From NCBI RefSeq assembly GCF_037042905.1, contig NC_087251.1, positions 9,550,001 to 9,614,000 on the forward strand: a stretch of DNA of 64,000 bases. The letters run 5' to 3'. The DNA comes from Lytechinus pictus. Taxonomy: Eukaryota. The notes beneath the pieces were generated by a model. It was given only the letters and a program-made list of their open reading frames with translations. It was not told the DNA's origin and made no database searches. The position numbers and the translations under genes were made by a program. Positions 50,861 to 63,425 of this stretch are shown here, one piece after another (position 1 is the stretch's first letter; each line of letters begins with the position of its first letter).

Positions 50861-52852
50861 CACTAGCGTACCTATGGGGGGGCAGGGGGGCAGACTGCCC
50901 CCCCCCCCCCTGACGAGTCACAAGCAAAAAAAAAAAGAAGCGTAAAAAGGGAAAGAAAAAAGAAAAGAGGAAAAGGGAAAGAAAGAAAAAAAGGGGGAAG
51001 GGGAAAAAGAAGAAAGAGTTTAAGAGAAAGGATAAAACAAAAACTAGACTGCAGACTGTCAGGCACACGGGGCTGTTCCAACTGATTTTGGTTTTTTAGT
51101 CCCACCATCTTTGTCGGTAAATGTCAATTAAACTGTACACTTTTATCGATAAATTGTAACTTTTACGCAATGCGACTTTTAGAGCTCTCTGTACCGATAG
51201 TGAGGACGGACTGGGCTGACCAGGGACAGGAAAAGGGTAGAGAACAACTTTTAGGTAATATAATTATAACAATAAAATTTCGCTCGCGCTACGCGCTTGC
51301 ATCAATTTTGTAGTTGGATACCTATAAGATAAGTGTCTACTTTTCAGGTTGAAATATACAAAAATTTATTTGATGAGTTAAAAACCAATTTTGTTCACGG
51401 TTACAAAAAGTGCTTATAATATCCAGTTATTATAGGCCGGATACAAAAATTTCAGCTCGCGCTTCGTGCTCACATATAACTGTTTAGGTATATCCATCAT
51501 GTTCATAGTTAAATGAAGTGTTTAGAATTTCAGGTCGGAATATAATAAAAAATATCAAAAATATATAATTAGAAACCAATTTGTTCACGGTTACAAAAAT
51601 TGCTTAGAATATCAAGTTCTTAGGTCGGAATATCGAACATTTCAGCTCGAGCTTCGCACTCGCATAAAATTCCATCCTGTTCATAATTAAATGAAGTGCT
51701 CAGAATGTAAAGTTTTCAGGTCGAATTATAAAAAAATTTCAGCTCGCGCTTCACGCTCACACCAATTAATTGTTTTTAACTACCATCTTGTTCATAGTTT
51801 TAAAAAAAGGTGCTTAGAATGTCCACTTGTTGGGAAGGGATATCTCAAATTTTCATCTCGCTCTTCGCGCTCGCATCAATTAATCATTCAGTTACAAACC
51901 AATCTGTTCATGGTTAGTAAAAGTGCTTAGAATATTCAGTTCTTAAGTCGGAATATCAAAAGTTTTAGCTCGTGCTTCGTGCCCGCACGACTGTTTAGAT
52001 ACCCATCCTCTAAAACTGCTTGGAATGTCTAGTGTCCAGTTAGGAATATCAAAATTTTTAGCTCGCGCTTCGCGCTCGCATGATTTATTAAGGAAGATAC
52101 TCATCCTATTCATAATTAAGTGCACAAAATGTATCGTTCTAGGCCTAAGTTTTTAGGAAACATTCAGCTCGCGCTTCGCGCTCGTTATTATTATTTTTAT
52201 ATTATTATTTTTAACTGATTTCAATGTCAAATACCTCTTTCATAACGTCTCCAAATGAGCAGAATTGGGAACATAATGTAAACACCTTCAAAGAGGAATA
52301 AAATAAGTATTTTGATATAAACATTTCAATTACCACTTGATAAGAAATATATCGATCACGATCCAATACATTTCATTTCTGGAATGATATACAAAAAAAA
52401 AAAAGTTATTTTCGACAATAAAGTGCAATCGCTCTATAGCAAATATCAGTAGAAGCAAGATCCCAACTGTTTTATTGGGCACCCCCTGGGTAACCTTACC
52501 CACCTTCAGTGCCACTGCCAGAACTACACATCCAAACGTGTATGGGGGATGGGCTGGAAAATGCAGGGCAACGAAGACTGCGAGGTGCCCAAATATCCTC
52601 GTGTATTGGTAATATTATGACCGAATGTATAATTTCTGCACGTTTCACATCATGTAAAAAGGCTAAATAATTATTGAAAAAAATGTTCGCTCGCTCGAAA
52701 ATTAAAAACTGTGAAGTTGATATTTGGGCAATTATGATCAGCCCCCCCTTGAAAAAATTGTGCCTACATACGTCCATGCCTACTACCCTTTTTCATCCTT
52801 GTCGCTTGCCCCCCCCCCCCCCCCCTGACGAAATATGCCAGGTACGCCACTG
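50861..52852. mobile_element. 1992-bp non-autonomous hAT-like element with an internal tandem array
   Basis: 8-bp TSD ATAGTGAC at 50853 and 52853. Termini CACTAGCGTACCT / AGGTACGCCACTG; subterminal C-run+TGACGA at both ends; no transposase ORF. Confidence 0.9.
51270..52190. repeat. Degenerate ~95-115 bp tandem array with a GCTCGCGCTTCGCGCTCGCA core
   Basis: Core copies near 51282, 51455, 51645, 51742, 51857, 51968, 52061 and 52167, most preceded by GTGCTTAGAAT...GGTCGGAATAT...AAATTTCA. Confidence 0.85.
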
Positions 52853-53210
52853 ATAGTGACATATCACTGACCATAATAATGAAGAAAAAAATGAAATGCA
52901 AAACAACACGTCGAATCTTTGAACTAAAGCAAGACCGATCATTGTGTTTCCAAGTATACGAGGTCAATCTGAGTTACACAATCGATCATCGTCTATACTT
53001 TGCTGCATACTAAATTGAACTGCAATCATTTGATTATAATTTACAAATGTCTATGTGCCTGAAGGTCCCATTCTTTCTAGACGTCAAATAAAAAGTCAAT
53101 AACCATTACATAGTCAATTCCCGAAGGATGGGTAAAAACAAAACATACATGTACCTCTATCTATTTCATGTTCTTTCCATTTCCATGAGGGTATAATGGA
53201 AAGCATTATA

Positions 53211-53299
53211 ATAATAATAATAATAATAATATAGGGTATTTATATTGCGCACATATCCACCTTGTTAGGTGCTCAAGGTGCTCCTATATTACCCGGCTA
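53211..53299 (-). mobile_element. 5'-truncated copy (tail only) of the 36.7-kb SINE or its partner LINE
   Basis: Near-identical to about 36730-36806; (ATA)n run; CATTATA duplicated at 53204 and 53300. Confidence 0.88.
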
Positions 53300-55762
53300 C
53301 ATTATATAGTATATGTTTTTTTTTTTTTCTAACCTACAAGATCTACATTTACTGTTCATAAAAGATTTTGGGATCTTTCTTTTAGAATAATTGGAAAAAA
53401 ATGATTAATTGAAAAGAGAATTCTAATCAAACTATTTTGATGATGTTTAATTAATATGGTATATGATATGGCTACGTCTATACTGATACTGCAATATTAA
53501 AAACATTTAGTAGATATAAAGCCGTGATATCAGACATCTTTTCGATTAATTCGCATTTACAACAGTGATGAAATAATCGTTGAGCAGCGTATGATTATAT
53601 TTGCTATGTGAGTTTGTGTTACTGTATATGCATGGATAAGGGTGTGTGTCCGGGTGTATGCGGATGTGTCATGGTGGGTGTGTGTGGAAATTTGAAAAGT
53701 GTGTGTGTATTTGTGTGTCAGTGCGCATGTGTTTTTGAGTACTTCTTACTTCTTTCCCCACATACGAGTAGCACATAATTTCTAACAACAAAGTAGTTTC
53801 AAACGCGTGTCTTTGTTTAATAATCAAAATGTGGGTTTTCATCATCCGAAGCTATCTGTTTTATTGTAGGATTTCTTTCCTGGGTATAATTTCCCTTTCA
53901 AGAATAGTGTTTGGGTTTTTAAGTGGTTTGAAAGCACAATCATTAAGAATTACTGAAGTATAAGATTACAAATTGATGTAAACATTTTTACAAGTTTAAT
54001 CATAACTTATTAGTTAAGACCGTTAGACAATCTCAGATTTTCAAAATAATCACATGAAAAAAATGATCGTTGTGTGTTTATTCATTCTTATATTTTTTAT
54101 ATATAAAAAAGGATGTCAAATATTTAAAAGGGTCTCAGTCAATAAGAAATATTTCAAATACAAAACTATCATCAATTTTTTTATTCTGCTTATCTTCTGT
54201 CAGAATGGACGTCGAAAATTTTAACATTTTCACAGCTTGTAAAGGAACAAACATTTATTGTTGATGTGTTGTGTGTTCATTTACCTTAAGGAGAGAGAGG
54301 GGGGGGAGTATGAATTGTGTGTTTTTTATCGATCTACTCTCGAATATTATATCATGAGATCTATGGCTACAAGTATTATCTAATTCAGCTATGAGCTCAT
54401 TAAAATTAGGGATATGAGCACAAAGTTGTGGCTTACGTGCAATTAGTGCTCCTTGACATCACATACATGAAAGCTCTATATAATGGTGTTAAGAAAACAC
54501 ACCCTTCATCGTGGGTTTTACACGTCTCAGATTCTCAGAAAATGACATCTTTGTTTACATTATAATGGCAACCTGAATAAACATTGGTGAATAAGACCAT
54601 AGTCATGTCACGCAACATAGCTATATTCTACGGTATTTTTGTCAATCTTGTTTTCAAGCCAACTTATTAATCTCGAGTTGATTAAATAAAGTATTTTGCC
54701 TACGTGCAAATTGCCTAGTTTTTACAAACGATCTTTAATTGGTCGTTTCTTAAGTAGGAGAATTCCTAATTCTCAGACATTATTGGAATCCTTTGGATAT
54801 GTGTTTTGTATTTTTCATCAATATTATTTAATGTTACAAATATATACAACTGTTGTGGTAACGATTAACGGCAAAAAGGTTGAATTATCTCACAATTTTA
54901 TTAGAGTACACTATGTTGTTCAGATAAGATCCAAAATTTGATTACTCTGGTGAAAAGCTACGCAAGGTATTTAACAAGGTGTTTTACTTTGAGAACAGGG
55001 GAAAAGTATTTTTCCTAAGGCGTAATCAATGCACATGATGCACGTTGAATTCATAATATAAATGGAGGTATAGAGGAACTGTGTTGAGCAAGACTTTGTA
55101 AAATGCGTAATGTTGACGTTAAGCAGATGACATCGTGGGGACGATTGGAAGCTATTGTATCGATCACATTATTTATTTCAAATTACTTCAGCGCTATCAA
55201 TTTTCATATCGATAATGAAATGTTGATGAAGATCAATCACGATCCATCGATCGGTCAGGATCGCGTGTCATGTATTTGATATGGCCTGCCATGTATCGAC
55301 CGAGATTGTGTGCCCAGGCTATCGATTGGTTACCCAATAATGAAATGAACGGCCGATTCTCTTATGTGTGCACAAGGTCACTTCCTGGCTCTTGTCAATA
55401 ACAAGTTTTCCAATGATGATATGACTACTCAAAGACACCACAAAGACATCATCACGTGACTTCGATGGGGGTCTGTATATCAATATAATCATGATACATA
55501 ATAAGTGTAAGTAATTATCATACATATCATACTACATTATGCATCATTTTAAAGGTGTAGTTATATTGGAGATGATTGTCATATATAATTATGGTATTGT
55601 TTGGTATTTCGTATAGGGGATGATATAAAATTGAATGAAAAGAAGCTAAGTAGAATGAGTTGAGGGTAGGGCGAATCGATGGGGGCATAATGGGTGGAAA
55701 TGTGTTCGAGACGATCAAGAGGGGCCGACAAGCAGAGCTTGGAGAATTGAGATGGGGGTAAT

Positions 55763-55927
55763 CAGTGGCGTACCTAGGATTTTTCACAGGGGGGGGCAAA
55801 ACCGTCCGCCAAAAAAATTTGACAAGCAAAAAAAAAAAAAAGGTCTTCAATCACAAATGAAGGATTTCGTACCAGAAAAGGTCTTCAATCACAAATGAAG
55901 GATTTCGTACCAGAAAAAAATTTGAAA

Positions 55928-55964
<37 letters not shown>

Positions 55965-56137
55965 TTCAAGCTCGTCAGGGGGGGGGGGCAATAAAGGTCT
56001 TCAAGCTCGTCGGGGGGGGGCAAAAAAGGTCTTTCAAGCTCGTCAGGGGGGGGCAGAGATACGTCCTTTGCATGGGTTGTGGCTCGTCAGGGGGGCAGAC
56101 TGCCCCCTCTGCCCCCCCCCCCGTAGGTACGCTAGTG
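55763..56137. mobile_element. 375-bp hAT-like MITE with the same termini as 50861-52852, in the opposite orientation
   Basis: 8-bp TSD GGGGTAAT at 55755 and 56138. Termini CAGTGGCGTACCTA / TAGGTACGCTAGTG; repeated CTCGTCAGGGGGG; internal 38-bp tandem duplication at about 55838-55913. Confidence 0.92.
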
Positions 56138-57108
56138 GGGGTAATGATGGTGTCTTTTAGAAAGAAAGAGAGAGAGAGTGAAGGCTTATAGAGGGAATAA
56201 GATTATATGTTTATGTGAAACGATGTGAGTGTGAGTGTGGGTTGTGTGCGTGTGTTGCATAATGTTGGTGAGTGTATTTTTGTGTGGCAACAGTTAGGAG
56301 AGGGGAGGGGATTTTATATTGTAAATTAATACATTATTATGATTTCAACTGTATATTTCAGTCCCGGATTTCAGTGCTTCTGCGATTTATTTCAATAAAG
56401 TATCTTTAATGCTCTTTTTGAATAATACTGGTTCGGAAAAAATTATCAGTTTGAATGGGCTCGGCAGAAATACTTCAAATTGAGTGAACTATCTGTTATG
56501 CTGTCATAGCGATTGATGTTTTATCAAATGCATCCAGGTCAAGAATATAGGAAAATATAGCTTTTAATAGGGATGGTAGTGTGCGGTTACCCGTTTGTGA
56601 CGTCAAATATTGTGGTATTTCCGCACTGATTTATATAGAGTACTCATTTGGATCTTACTGCGCTTGTACTTTTACATAGAAATAAAATTATACCAGTAGA
56701 ATTAATGTCAATACCAGTCACGAACTTTTCAATGACAAGGTTTATAGAGAAAATTTAACCACTGGGAGATTTCAAAGAGCGGTGAGCAATAAACAGAATG
56801 ATCATGGAAAGCTTTCTCCATCTATATCGTTCGGTATTAAAGCAATACCATTACTTTTGTTCTATTTTCCATTAACTTTATATGATCAGCCCTAGAGAAT
56901 GATAAGATCAAATCAGGCTGTCGCAATAAAAAAATTGCGGTTATACAAGCTGACATTGCCGAAATGTTGTGCAGAAAATTGATAGGCTTTTCTTAACTAT
57001 TTTTTTTCTTAAGGCATTGACACTTTGAATTTCAGATCCTGTGTGAATTCCAACTTGAAAATTGTCAAAAAAAAATGCCATGTAAATTAATATAAATCTA
57101 TGGCCTAA

Positions 57109-57291
57109 GTACCTCTGGATTGATGAATTACTTTTGAAATAAATGATTTGCTTTTTAACTTTGCTCATTCTCCTAAAGACGACAAGAACACACTTGTCGA
57201 AACGTCGAGTTTGGGTGGTCCTTTTCAGGACCAACACTTGCCCAAGAAAGATACATGGTTTACCGTGAAACCTACTAGACTATGAATTACC
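57109..57291 (+). mobile_element. Probable solo pseudo-LTR fragment of a Penelope-like element
   Basis: Contains AATAAA (57138), the hammerhead motif and further hairpins (TGGTCCT-TTTC-AGGACCA; GGTTT..AAACC). Boundaries are approximate; no RT or GIY-YIG ORF nearby. Confidence 0.5.
57170..57209 (+). ncRNA. Minimal type I hammerhead ribozyme motif (Penelope/retrozyme type) with core variant CUAAAGA
   Basis: CTC-CTAAAGA-C-GACAAG-AACACA-CTTGTC-GAAACGTC-GAG: stem I CTC/GAG, perfect 6-bp stem II, GAAA core, palindromic ACGT stem III, GUC cleavage triplet. Confidence 0.75.
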
Positions 57292-57825
57292 ATATTGATA
57301 AAAGGAGTCTTCTGACCCAGCATTCAGTCAACTCTGATGAGAGTTTGATAAGTGATCCCAAAATGTTCCTGAAATAACTTACAAAAAGATATATCGTTAT
57401 TAAATTAGATATGATCAGGACTTTATATCGGTATCATTAAAGGGCAATATTATGCTTTACCTTTTGGGGGTATTTTTTCTTCAAGACTGGGTTATCATCC
57501 GTTGTTTTTTCAGCGTACTGCAGCCAAAGACAAACGCTGAGATTTTGTGTCCATTTGGAGAAAGAGTATTTCAATAGATTTTTAAAATAGGTTCGGAGCT
57601 ATCTCTCAGACACTATTATCATCGAAAAGTTGGTTATCATAGTATTTTAATTGATTATTCAAGAAAAATGTTATGAATACTAGCAATTAAACCATAGCAA
57701 CAACCCGGTACGAAAATCGAACTGTATTTAAAGATTGGCATGATGATTAAAAAATACATGTCGAAACATTGAAAATTACAGGATAATTTTTTTTTCAAAT
57801 AAAAACCAACAAAAACGCGTTCGAG

Positions 57826-57920
57826 CTTTCCTCCCCTTCCCCCTCCCCCATCTCTCTCTCTCTCTCTCTCTCTCTCCCCCCCCCCCCCCTTCCTCTGTTT
57901 CTCCCTCCCATTTCTCTCTT
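57826..57920. repeat. Polypyrimidine (CT)n / C-run tract
   Basis: Read directly. Confidence 0.9.
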
Positions 57921-60396
57921 CCGTCACCGTATCCACCTGCAGACTATTAAAGCTGCCTATATAGATTTTACATAGTTTAGTTTGAAACGGAACTACAATA
58001 TTGAAACTACCGACACGGTTTGTCTTTATGGAGCCTGCAATCTGCATTCGTCATCGATTTATGCAGAACTGCAACATTCACTGCAAGACCATAAAAATAG
58101 CAATTCACTCGAAGAATATGATGATGCTAAAAATTAGAAAACGAATTCAAACTGCTTTGTCTTTTTCGTGAGATGGGCCTAGATCAGATTCTGTACAATG
58201 ATTTATATGAGACTGAGAGAAACACATCAAGTTGGTACATGACGTGTGTAAATCTAAATTATAAATGACGTTTTCAATAATGAATTACTCCTAAGTATAT
58301 CTTTCGAAGGATAACCCCCCCAAAAAAAAGATAAAAAAAATATGTATATATATATATATATGTATATAGTGAAAAACAACATAGCGAAGAATCATATCAG
58401 TGTGCATTATTGCATTATTATTGGAGCTATATATAGAAACGCATTGATTTCTAAAAATAGATTTTCCTCGTTTGACAGCATCCTGTTTAATTTTGGATTC
58501 ACAATATTGGAATAAATTCCAGTTATTAATTAGTCCAAAAAAAGGCTTTCGCTGCCATTTTTTGCAATTAAAATTGACTTGTAGGCTGATTCTTCACCCA
58601 ATCGAACAAAGATTTTTAATAAATGGTAAGATAACTAATATTTTTCACTGGAAAGCAGTCTATTCACTTTTTCTGCCACAATTTATTCTCCCAATATTGT
58701 ACAACTTCAATGTGACCGTATCTATACAATGCTCCATGAAGGTATAACGATGTAAGGTATAATGTTTTCTATTTAAATCTTAACAACAGTATCTTCATAG
58801 AGAAAATGTCGTGGAATCACATTATGTACTATTGTCAATAGTGCCGTGTGATCGACAAGGCTTGATTATTATTTCATACCTCAATTATCTCGAGGCCGCC
58901 ATCGGATTCAAGCTTGCCGCTCAAGATAGCAGTCTCCTCCATGTGTTGATGTATGTTTTTATGCGTATGATAATTATGTATGATGTATGCCAATTTTATC
59001 TATAGGTTTCAATAAATCAAAATTTTCAGTATCTTCATCATTATTCATCGATAGCGTGAACGCAGTAATGAAACAAACTCGATAATATTGAAAGAAATGA
59101 TACTTCCAGCCTATGCTTTCTTCCTGAAGATTGAAATAGGCATGTCGGATATGTGAGTGCTTTGATGGGGGTAACTGGAAGATCTCAGAGTCTCCTATGA
59201 ACATTCCGTAGCAGCTGATGTCAAATAGAAGATGATTTATGATCTCTTTGTCTCCTGTTTATGCTGCTTTGAAAACATCCTACACCTGCTCATTTCTATC
59301 ACGTAGCTTAACACTTCACTATTTATCATCATAGCCCATCTCTTAGTATACCTCACATCGTAAGAATGAATTATTGTCAGTCACAGCTTTAAACATAATA
59401 TTCAATTGAATTATTACCGTTACAATGATTGATGATATAAGACTGAGTATAAGAATATAAAATAATAACATCGTTCAGTTCTTTAAAATGGCGTTGAAAG
59501 AAATGAGATATTTGTGAATAAAACGCTTGCAGATCCGCTATATGATTTAATGAAATTTCTCTGGATAAATACCTCAGACGTTCTTACCGAATTTCATGTT
59601 GATATGTTAGTTTGTGACATAGCCAAAATGGGATACGGTACAGTATATAACTCGATTTGAACGATTTATTTGATTTCATCTTTTAGACGAATCAGATTAT
59701 TGTCCATCCTCCTATGCAGTCGAAATCCGACGAGTTAAATCTACTTAAAGGATATTGACATGCCTCAGATTTCATTGGCCTTACAAGTGATTAGGATTCA
59801 TTGGAACAAAGCTGCGGGCTATTGGACCCTTGCAAAGTTCAGGTATAAACCGTGAACTTTCTACATCCGAGGTCACCCAACTCAAAGATGGTACATGAAC
59901 AAACATCTCCAGCACAACATTTGTCGTGTGATGCATGGAGACCTACATTACCGCGTGGAATCCCTAACATTCGTCTTTGTTCGCTTGACAATTTATCAAT
60001 ATCATTGCTGTACATCTGCCTATAACTCTCACTTAGCAAAAGCAGCATTTAATATTGAACAAACTAAGATCCGAGGATATAATTTGCAATAGAAGTGCAT
60101 GATGGCTCGTGTTTTCGGGTTAGACAAAAGGCGGTCACACGACATAGCTATATAGGATTCCTCCCTAAACGCATTTTAATTGCTTTCTCAAATGCCCTCA
60201 TCCGCTCACGTCTATAATCCATACAGAGTACATTCATCAAGCTAATGGCTTACCAAGTTCATTCAACTTATGCTCCATGGAATTCATGATGATTAGCTTG
60301 TTTTATCCAAATATTTAATGAGAAATAATATCGTCCAATGATCTAATATATTGCTAGGAGTATTAAAACTCAAATGCTCTGAAATCGGTCGCATAG

Positions 60397-60490
60397 CAGG
60401 GGCGGATCCAGCCTTCGCCAATAGGGGTGCCAGAAAAATATATTCCATCCACATTTTCTCCAATCGGCCGCTAAAAGCTGATTTTTGTTT
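60397..60490. mobile_element. Isolated left end of a hAT-like MITE
   Basis: CAGGGGCGGATCCAG terminus-like motif followed by GGGGTGCC; no matching right end found. Confidence 0.4.
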
Positions 60491-63164
60491 TCTTTGATGA
60501 TCACGACAGTGTTGGTGGTGATGATGGTACTGCATTTAGAAGAATTTTGAGAGATGGAGATGAATAACAGTAACGAGAAAGTTAGAGTATAAATAGGGTC
60601 AACTGTGCCACCTTTACGGAGTGTGGAAAAGGTCAATATTGAACAAAAAATGTGGAAGAGCGATACGCATGATGGATGAGAGAATATGAGAGGAGGAGAG
60701 AAGGGATAAAGGGGAAAGAATTAGGATCTGGAGGAAGAAGGATGTGAGTAAAGGGAGTGTGAGCATTTACTGACTAGCATGGGGTTATTATGTTGATGGT
60801 ATCCTGATAGACATGGTATGCCTAGCACTGCAGGTGGTGTTTGGCTAGTTCGATCAACCATCATCATCCACCAGGACGTGTCAATGACCCTCTCCAATCC
60901 ATCTTCTTTCGGTGTTATCGGAGAAATGCCACGACTCTGACCTCCTTCTTATAATGTCTGATCATTGTTTGAATATCGGCGTCAATAACCCCGAATCGCC
61001 CTCCGCTTGGCAGCCAATTTAGGTAACATCTCCCAATTTTTGTTGATATTAGCTACACTTAATGTTACCGAAAATATCACTGCTGATTTCTATGGGCTAT
61101 TATTACAGGTTTTCGGGTGTATTATTACTCACTCAAATACTTAGCATTTAGTTGATTCTTTCAACAAATCTGCCTCGATGTCCAAAGGGAGCAATTCATG
61201 TAGCAAGTTTTCAAATGTTTCACTGACGCCTTTGAATAAACTTCTTAAACCTTAAATTTGACTGGCTGAGGACAGATCGCTTGAAAAAAAAATCGCCTAC
61301 AACACCGTTTCTGAAACCTCCCTCCTGAGTCCTATAAATACTATGTTCATATCTTTAGAAGATAGCACATAATTACAGTGAACCAAACACGTTTTCATAT
61401 TTTTGTCATCAAAATCATTCAAATCCTTCTTGTTCTCGTGGGATGATCATAAGGATGGTAATAAAGGTCTCAGTGCTTGAGAACAGTAATCGTAATGTTC
61501 TTATAAATGCGTTTAGTACATCATGTTGAATAAGAGAAAGACGTATCTCCTTTTTGCATGAGAGTAGTGCTTATATCCTTCTTGCTTTCAGATGATTGTT
61601 TGGAAGAAGAATTGTAAAGGTCGGAGAGGTTTGATAACATCGATCTTGATGATAATCATGAATGCTTGTAGTAGAGACAAGTGTTCCTGGCCATAAGAGG
61701 TGTCAAGGTCTAATTACACATGCACATTCAATGAGACTGCAAAGGTTAACAACCTGACATACCGTCTCAGAGCATTCTTCATAGACCATGCAATCAATTA
61801 GAATTACCACTGTACAGACAACGTCCTCAACGACATACATCTGATTTGTTTTGATTAGATATATACAGCATTTTCCTCAACATAATAGATTAGCACTACT
61901 TAGGCTTACACTTAAATGTGCGTGCATATTTAAGGATCTTCATAAACTCTAAAATCCAGTTTATGATGCTCCATTAAGTAAGGGTATACAGAAGGGGAAA
62001 GGGATAGCGATAGGTAGAGGAGAAAAGAGAGGGGGGAGTTTAGGGAACAAAATCAGGAATGAGAAGTTAAAATAATTAAAGTACTCTGCAATATTACTGA
62101 AGAATGTTTTATTAGCTCCATAAAAACTCATTACCATATAGTTTTCAGCATTCAGGAACCCCCAATTCCTACACAAGTCAAGCAGTTTCTAAAAACGCTT
62201 CTGTTTTATCAAGTTTACAATGTGTTTGTTTTTATTTCTTAATTGAATCTTTTGTGATTTCTCCTCTGACCTTTGACACGCGATTTTCAATAACGTGCTT
62301 TAAATTAAATGCATATTTGCCAGGCTTGTTTTTTTATTTTTTTTAATCTATGTATTTAAAACCATTTATCGGATCTTAAACCCAGAGGACTAGAAACCTA
62401 TCCATCATGTAAATTGATCTTTTTTGTTATTAAAACAAGGATGACTATTAGAAATATACGGATACCTTTGGCGATATTCATTGAACTTTATCATACTTTA
62501 TAATGCAAATTAAACATGTCGATATGAAACACAAACATCAAATTTTCTTTCCGCCAGCTTGCTATGCTTTCTACATGACTTGCTCTACTTTTCCGTAATT
62601 GGCAATTTACGCGGGGTAGAGGTATTATTTACGGAATAAAGATTAGTTTTTTAATCGAAGCGACATAGATACTCCAATTGCATAGCTATTGCGCCTTTTT
62701 CAAGTTAATAGACGTTGATGGGTGAATCGTCTCATTATGTATCTTTTATGGGTGAAAATATGTAGTACATTGCTTTGAAATTTTGTTTTATATGCTGAGG
62801 TTCAGAAGATTGTCACAACTATTCATCAAAAGTGTTTTTTTTTTTGGGGGGGGCAGTATTCCAAATATTAGATGAAAATAATCAGTTGATGGCCATAAAT
62901 CGTCTTCCATCAAGATATTACAAGTTTTTGTCATATTTACATATCCCATCAGGATTTTCCCAATAAGCCTATAATTATACATATTGCAGGTCGAAATAAG
63001 AAAGTGAAAAGATAAATCCAAATGATAAGTCGCGTGTTAGTAAGTCCATTTTTATAGTGGTTGTGTGCAATTATTATAAGTTACAAATCTCACAATAATT
63101 CAGTGATATTGACGGCATGTAATTAGGCTTATAATGTATGTGCATTTTTTTAGAGTCCCCCAGT

Positions 63165-63425
63165 TAAAAAAAAAAGAAATAAAGAAATGAATGATTTAAA
63201 TGAATAACAAAACTAATAAAATGGAGATTAAAATAGAAAATGAATGAATGAAAATTATTTTCAAAGAGATGATAATAATAAATAAATATTAATCAATAAG
63301 ACGATTTTAAGTAAAAGGAATAAATAAATGTAAAAAAAAAAACATAGTTACACGATTGAATAGATAAAATTAATAAAAAAATATATGCATGCCAAATATA
63401 TAAATTAATCAATGAAATAGAGGAA
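63165..63425. repeat. A-rich low-complexity tract (AATAA/AATGA-like units)
   Basis: Read directly. Confidence 0.7.

Noticed and set aside
51270..52190. Repeat array as a CRISPR
   Set aside because: Spacers are homologous to each other, the array lies inside a TSD-bounded eukaryotic transposon, and there are no cas genes.
57330..57375. Second hammerhead starting at CTGATGA (57334)
   Set aside because: No stem II and no properly placed GAAA or cleavage triplet.
50775..57900. Phe-, Lys-, Gly- and ER-rich ORFs (50775, 50872, 55895, 57655)
   Set aside because: They arise from homopolymer and purine/pyrimidine tracts in MITEs and microsatellites.
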